The position numbers were made by a program, and so were the translations under genes. The notes under the pieces were generated by a model. It was not told where the DNA came from. It made no database searches and saw nothing but the letters and a program-made list of their open reading frames with translations. Positions 10,532-18,859 of a DNA stretch of 64,000 nt are shown piece after piece. Numbering within the stretch: position 1 is the first letter of the stretch; each line of letters begins with the position of its first letter. Source of the DNA: Isosphaeraceae bacterium (lineage in GTDB: Bacteria > Planctomycetota > Planctomycetia > Isosphaerales > Isosphaeraceae); assembly GCA_965201075.1 (NCBI GenBank), contig CBDAVP010000004.1, positions 1 to 64,000 of the forward strand, in the 5' to 3' direction.

Positions 10532-11074
10532 TCAGTCGTACATGGGTTGTCCGCCCAGGTAGGTGCTCGAGAAGGTCGGGAACTGGGGAAGCTTCCCCTT
10601 GCCGGGGTTCATGCCGAATTCGTGGATGACGACGGGGATGCTCGGGTAGCGCAGGCGGAACGCCTGGATCGTGTAGGGCATGCACGTGCCGCAGACCTTG
10701 ATCTCGCTGGCGACGATAATCTCCTTGACGCGCTCGATCATCCCGGGCCGGCCCAGGACGTTGCGGAAGAGTTTGGGCTCGGTATGGTACTGGCCCATTC
10801 CTCCGCAGTTGACCCCGAACTCGATCTTGGAGTCGATCGTGGGGACGAACTCGGCGCCCCGAGACTGAATCACCCGAATGGAGCGGTCGGCCAGCGAAGA
10901 GACGTCGGAATAGGCGTAAAAGTCCAGGGTTCGGCCGTCGTCCATTAATAGAGAGAGCATGCAAAGGTTGTGGGCCCAGGCGTCGTAGGCCTTGCGGTTG
11001 GCGACCGAGTCATTCAGGGCCTCGCGCAACTGGATCATCTCGGCCTCGATCTCCAGCAACGTCTTGTGGGCCAT
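10532..11074 (-). CDS. Putative Zn-dependent nucleic-acid/nucleotide deaminase (toxin-deaminase, BURPS668_1122/SsdA-like)
   Basis: HTEPKL ... SEIKVCGTC ... IQAFRLRYPSIPVV; AGGGAGG RBS before ATG at 11074. Confidence 0.65.
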   Translation of the reverse strand: MAHKTLLEIEAEMIQLREALNDSVANRKAYDAWAHNLCMLSLLMDDGRTLDFYAYSDVSSLADRSIRVIQSRGAEFVPTIDSKIEFGVNCGGMGQYHTEPKLFRNVLGRPGMIERVKEIIVASEIKVCGTCMPYTIQAFRLRYPSIPVVIHEFGMNPGKGKLPQFPTFSSTYLGGQPMYD

Positions 11075-11204
11075 CGGCTGCCTCCCTCGCTCGCTTTTGA
11101 AGTCACCCCGGACGTGAACCGGACGCGGCCGGGGCGACCGCAATGCCAGGCGTCACGATAAGTTTGGCGGAATCGGCGGTCAAAGGATTTTCGAGCACTC
11201 TGGC

Positions 11205-12524
11205 TCAGGGGGACGACTTGCGGTTGGTTTGGCGTAGCTGGGTGGAAAGGTGGTAGGTGAGGCCGTCGATTTCGTACTGGAGGTCGGCGAAAAGGGCGAC
11301 GTTGCCGGATTCGGGGGGCGCGGCGGAGGCGTTCATCTTGGCGGCGGGTTCGAGAGGGGTGGCGGTCCAGGGGGACTTGCGGAAGTCGAGGGACGGGGCG
11401 GTGGCCGACCAGGTTTGGGCGGACCTTGGGGCGGGGTCGGACTCGATGGCGAGGTTCAGCCCCTTGGCGTCGTCGTCGGAGAAGGTCCAGGAGAGTTTGG
11501 GAAACGGGGCGCCGCCGATGACGTGGCGGAACAGGGCTCCGACGCCGGAGATGGCGTAGTCTCGGTGCTGGTCGAGGCCGTGGCCCGCGTTGGGCAGATA
11601 GACCGCCCACCTGGGTCCGGGCAGGTCGTCCCAGTAGAGATTCATCGAGTCGAGGGTCCAGTAGGGGTCGTTGGTGCCGTTGATCTGGAGCTTGGGAAGC
11701 GCGAGGCGGTCTCGGTAGGCGAAGGGGTCGATCATGTCGGTGAGGTGAACGGCGACCGGGTCGTTGCGGCCGACGATGCCGCGGTCGGTGTAGTCGCGGA
11801 TCTGGTCGCTGTAGCGGCCGTTGAAGTTTTCGAGCTGGTGGGCGTTCTGGGCGGGCATGTTGAGAGTGGGGATGACCATCGGGGCAATCGCCTTGACCCG
11901 GGGATCAACGGCGCCGGTGAGCCAGGTCGTCCAGCCTCGTTTGGAGGCTCCGGTGACGACGAAGCGGTTCAGGGGCTTCCCTTGCTGCTGGGCGAACGCC
12001 TGGGCGGCGTCCATCGCCTTGACGGCGGATTTGACCATCGGAAACAGCAAAGGCCAGGTTTCGTCCTTGGTTTCCAGATAGCGGACAAAGGTTTCGACGA
12101 TCAGGGCGTCCTCGAACTTGTCGCCCAGCAAGGGTTGATTGGGGACCTGGGGCAACACGACGACGCGGGCTCCGCAGGCGTTGGCCAGGGCGAGGCCGGC
12201 GATGGCGTCTTTGTCGCGGAAGCCGTCCTTCATCGAGCCGCCGGTGATGAACAGCAGGGCGGCGTCGGGGTGGGTGATCTGGGCTGGTTCGACGACCGAG
12301 AGGTTGTGGGTCCAGGTGATGCCGTGCCAGATTTGCGAGGTCAGTTTGAGGGAATGGACCGTGGCGCCGGCGACGGTGCGGGTGCCCTCGGAGGTCCAGG
12401 CAAAGGCGGGCTCGGGGACCTTGAGGTAGTCATCAAGGCCGGCGAGGGCCGGGGAGGAGGCTCCGAGGCTGGCGAGGGTCATTCCCATCAAGAGAGCGGT
12501 CCAGACAGGGGAAAACTTGGGCAT
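11205..12524 (-). CDS. PhoPQ-activated pathogenicity-related protein (PqaA-like alpha/beta hydrolase)
   Basis: LTSQIW, VPNQPL, FPMVKSAVKAMD, VTGASKRGWTTW, PNAGH; signal peptide. Confidence 0.88.
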   Translation of the reverse strand: MPKFSPVWTALLMGMTLASLGASSPALAGLDDYLKVPEPAFAWTSEGTRTVAGATVHSLKLTSQIWHGITWTHNLSVVEPAQITHPDAALLFITGGSMKDGFRDKDAIAGLALANACGARVVVLPQVPNQPLLGDKFEDALIVETFVRYLETKDETWPLLFPMVKSAVKAMDAAQAFAQQQGKPLNRFVVTGASKRGWTTWLTGAVDPRVKAIAPMVIPTLNMPAQNAHQLENFNGRYSDQIRDYTDRGIVGRNDPVAVHLTDMIDPFAYRDRLALPKLQINGTNDPYWTLDSMNLYWDDLPGPRWAVYLPNAGHGLDQHRDYAISGVGALFRHVIGGAPFPKLSWTFSDDDAKGLNLAIESDPAPRSAQTWSATAPSLDFRKSPWTATPLEPAAKMNASAAPPESGNVALFADLQYEIDGLTYHLSTQLRQTNRKSSP

Positions 12525-12708
12525 CGGCGAGGGTCCTCGTCGGCGATTGAGGGACGCCCCGACGCGGGCCGGCCCCGGACAAGGGTGGGCGGGCCGTCGA
12601 CGCGCGTCAAGGCGGTCGGGTGGGACGTATCGGGGCGGGGAGCCGGCCGGTAGGATCGGCGAGGGCCCCCTTCCCTTCTCCTGGAACCTCTTCCCGGGAT
12701 CGCCCGCC

Positions 12709-14103
12709 ATGTTGAGCCGCATCCTTTTCCGTCTCGCCGCGGCTCTGGCCGTGGCGGCCGTGTTGGCCTGGCAGGGGGTCGCGACCGCCGAGGGGGCGAA
12801 GTCTCCGGCGTGGCCGACGCGGGTCAGCGACGATCATCGGTCGTTGGTGGACGCGGAGGGGCGGCCGTTCTTCTACCTGGGGGATACGGCCTGGGAATTG
12901 TTCCATCGCTTGAACTTCGAGGAGGCAGACCGCTACCTACGCGACCGCGCCGGGAAGCGGTTCACGGTGATCCAGGCGGTGGTGCTGGCGGAATTCTCGG
13001 GCCTGGTCGAACCCAACGCCAACGGCGACCTCCCGCTGGAGGGCAGCGATCCCGCCAAACCTGTCGAGGCGTACTTCCGCCACGTCGACCGCGTGGTGAA
13101 TCGCGCGGAGGAATTGGGTCTGGTGGTGGGGATGCTGCCGACGTGGGGAGACAAGTGGAACAAGAAGTGGGGCGTGGGGCCTGAAATTTTCACGCCCGAA
13201 AACGCCGAGGGGTATGGGGAATTTCTGGGCAAACGGTACAAGGACCGGCCGGTGATCTGGATTCTGGGCGGGGACCGGCCGGTGGAGACACCGAGTCAGG
13301 CGGAGATTCTGGCGAGAATGGCCGCCGGGCTTCGTCGAGGAGATCGGGGGCGTCACCTGGTTGGCTTCCATCCGCCGGGCGGGCAGAGCTCGTCAAAATT
13401 CTTCCCGAAGGCGGATTGGCTGGACTTTCACATGATCCAGTCGGGTCACAACTACGATAACGCCAATGACCAGATGATCGCCGCCGACTATGCCCGAGTG
13501 CCGGTCAAGCCTTGCCTGGATGCCGAGCCGGGGTATGAGGACCACCCGGCCGCCTTCGATGCGAAGAATGGGTATCTGGACGCTCACCAGGCGCGGAAGT
13601 TCGCGTACTGGTCGCTGCTGGCAGGGGCGTGCGGTCACACCTATGGCTGTCACGACATCTGGCAATTCCTGGGGCCGAAGCATCCTCCCGTGACGTTCGC
13701 GAGGACGCCGTGGGTCGAGGCGATCGACCTGCCTGGCGCCGGTCAGATGCAATATGCTCGGGCCTTGATGGAATCGCGACCGGGCCCGTCGAGGGTGCCG
13801 GACCAGTCCTTGCTGGCGACCGATCCGGGAAAGGGCGCCGGGCACGTCCAGGCGGCGCGTGGGGCCGATGGTCGCTATGCGTTTATCTATTCGGCGATGG
13901 GGCAGGCGTTCGTTGTCGACTTGGGCAAGCTGGCGGGGTCGAGCCTCAAGGCGTGGTGGTATGACCCTCGCAAGGGGACGGCCGAGGCGATCGGCGCGTT
14001 CCCCAGGGAGGGGCGTCGGGAGTTCCGGCCGCCGTCGGCGGAGGATTGGGTTCTGGTGCTGGATGACGAAGCGAAGGGGTTTCCGCCGCCGGGTCGGCAC
14101 TGA
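12709..14103 (+). CDS. Glycoside hydrolase family 140 (apiosidase-like, DUF4038) with C-terminal collagen-binding-like domain
   Basis: PFFYLGDTAWELFHRL, WILGGD, EPGYEDHP, GHTYG, WWYDPR..DWVLVL. Confidence 0.85.
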   Translation: MLSRILFRLAAALAVAAVLAWQGVATAEGAKSPAWPTRVSDDHRSLVDAEGRPFFYLGDTAWELFHRLNFEEADRYLRDRAGKRFTVIQAVVLAEFSGLVEPNANGDLPLEGSDPAKPVEAYFRHVDRVVNRAEELGLVVGMLPTWGDKWNKKWGVGPEIFTPENAEGYGEFLGKRYKDRPVIWILGGDRPVETPSQAEILARMAAGLRRGDRGRHLVGFHPPGGQSSSKFFPKADWLDFHMIQSGHNYDNANDQMIAADYARVPVKPCLDAEPGYEDHPAAFDAKNGYLDAHQARKFAYWSLLAGACGHTYGCHDIWQFLGPKHPPVTFARTPWVEAIDLPGAGQMQYARALMESRPGPSRVPDQSLLATDPGKGAGHVQAARGADGRYAFIYSAMGQAFVVDLGKLAGSSLKAWWYDPRKGTAEAIGAFPREGRREFRPPSAEDWVLVLDDEAKGFPPPGRH

Positions 14104-14133
14104 GGGGCGGATTCCCGCGTGTCCGCGATCCGA

Positions 14134-15711
14134 TCAGGCCCCGGCGCCGGGTCGGCCGACGACCTCGCGGACTTGACCCCGCTCTCGGCGGCTGGCGATG
14201 GCGTTGACCGCGTTGAGGTAGGCGATGGCCGAGGCCTCGATGATGTCGGTGGAGGCGGCTCGGCCGCGGAAGGTGCGGTCGGCCGACTCGACTTCAAGTT
14301 CCAAGGTCACCTCGCCCTGAGCGTCCTTGCCCTGAGTGACGCCCCGGACCGAGAAGTCTCGCAGGTTGGCGGCGATGCCGGTAACACGCTCGACGGCCTT
14401 GAAGATGGCGTCGAGGGGACCATCTCCGGTGGCGGCGTCCTGGACGACGACTCCGTCGGGCCGGCGGATCCGCACCGTGGCGGTGGGCAGGAGGTTCGTT
14501 CCGGCGGTCGTGTGCATGTCCACCAACTGCCAGGCGGCGGGCTCGCCTTCCTGGAGGTGTCGCTCGACCAGGACGGCGAGGTCCTCGTCGTAGATCTCCT
14601 TCTTCTTGTCGGCCAGGGCCTTGAAGGCGTGGAAGACCGCTTCGAGCTGCTCTTCATCGAGGTGGAAGCCCAGGGTCTCGGCGCGGTCTCGCAGGGCGTG
14701 GCGGCCGGAGTGCTTGCCCAGGACCAGGTCGGTCTTGGAGACGCCGACGTCCTCGGGTCTCATGATCTCGTAAGTGGATCGCTCCTTGAGCATGCCGTCC
14801 TGGTGGATGCCCGACTCGTGGGCGAAGGCGTTGCGGCCGACGATCGCCTTGTTGCGCTGGACGGCCATGCCGGTGAGGGTGGAGACCAGGCGGCTGGTGG
14901 GAAAGAGGCGTTCGGACTTGATGCCGGTGTCGGCGCCGTAGTAGTCATGGCGGGTGCGCAAGGCCATGACAATCTCTTCGAGCGGAGCGTTGCCGGCTCG
15001 CTCGCCGATGCCGTTGATGGTGCATTCGACCTGACGGGCACCGGCCTCGACCCCGGCGAGGCTGTTGGCCACGGCCAGGCCGAGGTCGTCGTGGCAGTGG
15101 ACGCTGATGATGGCTTTGCTGATGTTGGGGACTCGCTGGGTCAGGGCGCGGATGACCTGGCCGTACTGCGAGGGGGTGGCGTAGCCGACGGTGTCGGGGA
15201 TGTTGACGGTGGTGGCTCCGGCGGAAATCGCGGCCTCGACGACCTCACAGAGGAAGTCGATCTCGGTGCGGGCGGCGTCCTCGGGGCTGAATTCGATGTC
15301 GTCGCAGCAAGCCTTGGCTCGCTCGACGCTGGCGACGGCCTTGGCGATGATCTGCTCCCGGGTCATGCGGAGCTTGTGTTCCCGGTGGATCGCCGAGGTA
15401 GCCAGGAACAGGTGGATGCGGGGGCGCCTGGCGTGACGGATGGCTTCCCAGGCTCGGTCGATGTCGCGGTCGGCGCAGCGGGCCAGGGCGCAGATGGAGG
15501 GGCCGGCGATCTCGGCGGCGATGGCGCGGACGGCCTCGAAGTCTCCGGGGGAGGCGATCGGGAAGCCGGCTTCCAGGACGTCGACCCCCAGGGCCTCCAG
15601 GGCGCGGGCGACCTCCAGCTTCTCGGCCATCGTCAAGCTCGCGCCGGGCGATTGCTCACCGTCGCGCAAGGTGGTGTCGAAGATGATGATCCGTCGCGCG
15701 TCGTCGGCCAT
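14134..15711 (-). CDS. leuA: 2-isopropylmalate synthase
   Basis: FDTTLRDGEQSPG, HCHDDLG, GIGERAGNA, HESGIHQDG; regulatory C-domain. Confidence 0.97.
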   Translation of the reverse strand: MADDARRIIIFDTTLRDGEQSPGASLTMAEKLEVARALEALGVDVLEAGFPIASPGDFEAVRAIAAEIAGPSICALARCADRDIDRAWEAIRHARRPRIHLFLATSAIHREHKLRMTREQIIAKAVASVERAKACCDDIEFSPEDAARTEIDFLCEVVEAAISAGATTVNIPDTVGYATPSQYGQVIRALTQRVPNISKAIISVHCHDDLGLAVANSLAGVEAGARQVECTINGIGERAGNAPLEEIVMALRTRHDYYGADTGIKSERLFPTSRLVSTLTGMAVQRNKAIVGRNAFAHESGIHQDGMLKERSTYEIMRPEDVGVSKTDLVLGKHSGRHALRDRAETLGFHLDEEQLEAVFHAFKALADKKKEIYDEDLAVLVERHLQEGEPAAWQLVDMHTTAGTNLLPTATVRIRRPDGVVVQDAATGDGPLDAIFKAVERVTGIAANLRDFSVRGVTQGKDAQGEVTLELEVESADRTFRGRAASTDIIEASAIAYLNAVNAIASRRERGQVREVVGRPGAGA

Positions 15712-15789
15712 GGCGGGGGCTCGCAAAGGGTTCGGGTCCATTGATCGGGTCGAGACTGAAGCGTGGCGGTTGGGAACGGTTCGCCCCGG

Positions 15790-15837
15790 AAACGAAACAA
15801 CCCCGAGGCTCGCCGGCAGGGCGGGCCTCGGGGTTGT
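15790..15837 (-). terminator. Attenuator terminator hairpin upstream of leuA
   Basis: ACAACCCCGAGGCCCGCC / GGCGAGCCTCGGGGTTGT stem followed by TTCGTTT on the minus strand. Confidence 0.8.
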
Positions 15838-15872
15838 GTTGTGTCGTTCGGGGACGGTGCCGACGACGAACC

Positions 15873-15944
15873 CTAGGACTCCACCCGGCCATCAAGGCCG
15901 AGGCCCAGCAGTCGCAGGCTTAGGAGTCGCACGGTCACGCTCAT
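15873..15944 (-). CDS. Leucine-rich leader peptide MSVTVRLLSLRLLGLGLDGRVES
   Basis: 23 codons with 7 Leu including CTA; lies between the promoter and terminator upstream of leuA. Confidence 0.8.
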   Translation of the reverse strand: MSVTVRLLSLRLLGLGLDGRVES

Positions 15945-15998
15945 CGGTCCCTTTCGGCGGATTCGTCTGGGGAGTCGGCAGGAGGCCCCGGACGAACC

Positions 15999-16028
15999 AC
16001 TATACGGGCGCGGCGGGGGTCGGGTCAA
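15999..16028 (-). promoter_or_regulatory. Sigma70-like promoter of the leu leader/leuA
   Basis: TTGACC-18 nt-TATAGT on the minus strand. Confidence 0.55.
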
Positions 16029-16103
16029 CCGGGATGTGACATCGGATCTGAGTCAGATACCATTGGAGCGGTTCCCATCCTCCGTCCGCGAGGCCCTCCG
16101 ATC

Positions 16104-16660
16104 ATGAGTTCGGCCGTCGAACGCCGTGTCACCTTGACCGCCGAGGAGTTGCTGACTCTACCCGACCGGGCTGCTTACGAACTGGTCGATGGCGTCATCA
16201 TGGATCTGAACGTGGGAGCGCTTTCGAGCCTGGTCGCGACGAAACTGAGCGCTCGACTGGAAGTGTTTTGCGACCGCGACCAACTGGCCTGGGTCTTCGG
16301 TGCCAACTGCCCGCTACGATGCTACACGGATCGGCCCAATACCATTCGCAAGCCCGACGTTTGCTACGTCCTCCAGGACCGCCTCCCTGTGGGGCAGTTG
16401 GCGGAGTCGTTCTTGACGATCGCGTCCGACCTGGTGGTCGAGGTGGTTTCCCCGAACGACCTGGCGTATGAGGTGGACCGGAAGGTGAAGGAAGACTTGG
16501 CGGCGGGGGTCCGCCTGGTGTGGGTCGTCAACCCCGAGAATCGTTCGGCCCGGGTCTATCGCCTCGACGGGACGGCGAATTAACTGCGTGCGGGCGACGA
16601 GTTGAGTGGCGAGGGGGTCCTGCCCGGTTCCGCTGCCGGCTGGATGCGATCTTCCCGCCA
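16104..16660 (+). pseudogene. Uma2/DUF820 family endonuclease, C-terminally disrupted
   Basis: YELVDG, RKPDV, DLVVEVVSPND, GVRLVWVVNP; TAA at 16581..16583 then LRAGDELSGEGVLPG and a frameshift to RCRLDAIF. Confidence 0.8.
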
Positions 16661-17223
16661 GCCGCCACGCCCTCGGGCAGTGCCGCCAGCACTTTGGCTC
16701 GCCAGGCTCGCGATCGGGACCTGGGCGAGTCGCCGAGCTCCGCCCATTCGGGCAACTCGCTCAGGAGCGGGTCGGGACGGCCCTGGGCGTGCGCCGGGTA
16801 GCTCGACCACGGGTAATGCGCCGGGTCGGCGACCATTGCGGCGCGAAGGGGATTGGCCTCGATGTATCGCAGGACCGTCCACAGGTGGCCGTCGTCCTGG
16901 ACCGGCGGGCTCTTGAACCGGCCTTGCCAGACATGGCCGAGGGACTGGTGTCGCTTGTGATAGCGCCAGGTGTGCGAGACCAACACCGACTGCATGACGC
17001 GGCCGATGGCCACTCCAGGCTCGGGGCGGAGCATGAGGTGGAAATGGTTGGTCATCAGGCAGTAGCCGAAGAGCTGAAACGGATAGCGAAGCTGGGCGTT
17101 GCCGAGGGCCTCGAGGAAGGCACGAAAATCGCCATCGTCTTGGAATACGGCCTCGCGGTTGTTCCCACGGCTCAGGGCATGTTAGATAAGGCCATCATGA
17201 TTCGGTCGCAGGAAACGTCCCAT
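16660..17223 (-). pseudogene. REP-associated tyrosine transposase (RAYT, Y1 HUH) with nonsense mutation
   Basis: MGRFLRPNHDGLI*HALSRGNNR..YCLMTNHFHL..GHVWQGRFKS..RYIEANPLRA..YPWSSY; TAA at codon 14 where Tyr is expected. Confidence 0.85.
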
Positions 17224-17260
17224 GCCTCGAATTTACCGGACGGGTAGGTCCAATACCGGC

Positions 17261-17299
17261 GGAAAATTGAATTGACACCAATAGTGTTCAATAGTGTTC
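17261..17299 (+). repeat. REP-like motif copy directly upstream of the RAYT gene
   Basis: GGAAAATTGAATTGACACCAATAGTGTTC plus partial duplication CAATAGTGTTC. Confidence 0.8.
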
Positions 17300-17408
17300 C
17301 GAACGGGACGAACTGACGGGTTGTCGCTCCCGCCTCCGAGGTTGGCCGGAGCGGGGATAATAGCGGAGGTCGGACAGCAAGGGTGAGGAGATGAGCTGGC
17401 AGAACAGT

Positions 17409-18011
17409 TCAGGATTTATTGTGGTCGATTGCGATGAGCGAAATTCCGATCAATGCTCCCGAAATGGAAAGCGTCCATCCGATCCACGCGTTGTCCTGAT
17501 TATCGCTTGTGATAATGTTTACACCAGCGGAAATCACAATACCGCACAACAGTGTCGCCGACTCGATTGAGGTGCCGATCCATTTTGGCCGAGGCTGAGG
17601 ATTGGCGATCGCCTTGAAACCTTCATCGTAATCCACCCGCCCAATCAGGTCTGTCTTGCGTCGCAGGCCTGATATCTGTGCGGCATGGTGCAAGAGCGCC
17701 CAAAAGGTCTCCATGATCTCCTCAGAGGCAGCTATGGCGTCCTCCGAGATCACGATTGCTGGCTTGGGTTGGCGTCCGAAGCCCAGTTTTTTCTTCAGCT
17801 TGGCCGGGATGCTTTGGTGGATTGCCTTCTCGGCCGGCGACTGCTTGGCGGGGTCGACGAGCCACCGATCCCAGGTTGCCTGCTGCTCCGCATGAGAACC
17901 TGTAATGATCCCGGTCAAATGGTCGCTCGGGTAATCAAAATCCCCCTCCGAATTGTACGGAGGGGGATCATAAAGGCCCGATCCTTCGGCGTCTGGCTTA
18001 GGCGGGCACAT
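17409..18011 (-). CDS. Predicted histone-fold protein with two C-terminal transmembrane helices
   Basis: VISEDAIAASEEIMETFWALLHHAAQISGLRRKTDLIGRVDY aligns without gaps to the archaeal histone alpha2-L2-alpha3; two hydrophobic helices at the C-terminus. Confidence 0.6.
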   Translation of the reverse strand: MCPPKPDAEGSGLYDPPPYNSEGDFDYPSDHLTGIITGSHAEQQATWDRWLVDPAKQSPAEKAIHQSIPAKLKKKLGFGRQPKPAIVISEDAIAASEEIMETFWALLHHAAQISGLRRKTDLIGRVDYDEGFKAIANPQPRPKWIGTSIESATLLCGIVISAGVNIITSDNQDNAWIGWTLSISGALIGISLIAIDHNKS

Positions 18012-18246
18012 GCTGATTACCGGAGATCGACGACATGGCCGCAGGCATTAGATCCGGCATACTAGCCGCGAAGTCTTCCGGCTCGACTACGGTTCGCCCG
18101 GCTTCGTGGGCTCGTCTCAACGCTAAGCCTCGCAGGACGGTCCCGAGTTGGCGGAAGATCGCCCGCTCGGCTTCGACCGACTTCGCCGAAAACCGCATGC
18201 CCGCCCTAGTTGCAGCCGCAGTGCTCATGGGGTGCTTGGTCTTCAT
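17998..18246 (-). CDS. Predicted small (82 aa) soluble histone-fold protein
   Basis: AGMRFSAKSVEAERAIFRQLGTVLRGLALRRAHEAGRTVVEPEDF resembles HMf-type AGAERVS...ARHAGRKTIKAEDI; AAGGAGG RBS 8 nt before ATG. Confidence 0.65.
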   Translation of the reverse strand: MKTKHPMSTAAATRAGMRFSAKSVEAERAIFRQLGTVLRGLALRRAHEAGRTVVEPEDFAASMPDLMPAAMSSISGNQHVPA

Positions 18247-18859
18247 CGGCACTACCTCCTTGGCCGTTCCCCACCAGTCCTTGCGGGGCATACCATGGAG
18301 ATGAAGCGATCAGTTGGGGTGCCCTGCCGGGCTGTCCATGGCCCGGCCCCGAACGGTAGCGTGAGAGCGAGGCCTTGTCTAGCTGAAAGCCATCGCCCTG
18401 ATATCAAGGTGCTGATCATGACACGTGACTCCCGTGAGCGAAAGGGACCGCCACCGAAGATTTCGGCCGCCGGCTGGGCGACACTCACCCACGGCGGGGA
18501 GTGGACCCACGAAATCCATAGGACGCGACGCCCCGACTGACCGTCAATTCGGCCATCTTCGATGTTATAGGCAGAGGTCAACGGCCGCCACTTTGACGCA
18601 GTAACCCCATACAGTGATGCTCGGCCCGCTCGGATTTTCTCGCCGAACGTTGCCGAAAAGCCTCACAGGGGAGGGTGTTAGAGTGCGGGCATGGTGGCCG
18701 GTTTTGGAGTGACGCCCTCGGTCCTCGCAAGCCCGAGGTGGCCGGCCTGATGGCCTCTCCTACGTTACGGGAGAGGTTGCGGTTCGGGGACAGGAGCGGA
18801 GGGTGGCCCCGGCCGGACGATGGAGCCGGCTTGGGCAGGGGCGGGGCAAGCTCTGGCGA

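Noticed and set aside
14119..15744. Long antisense ORFs over leuA (also over pckA, sdhA, putA and the PqaA-like gene)
   Set aside because: Typical high-GC antisense shadow frames of well-supported genes
10153..17223. Local nonsense mutations as products of the deaminase
   Set aside because: Too few events, and at least one (Tyr to TAA in RAYT) is not a C-to-T transition
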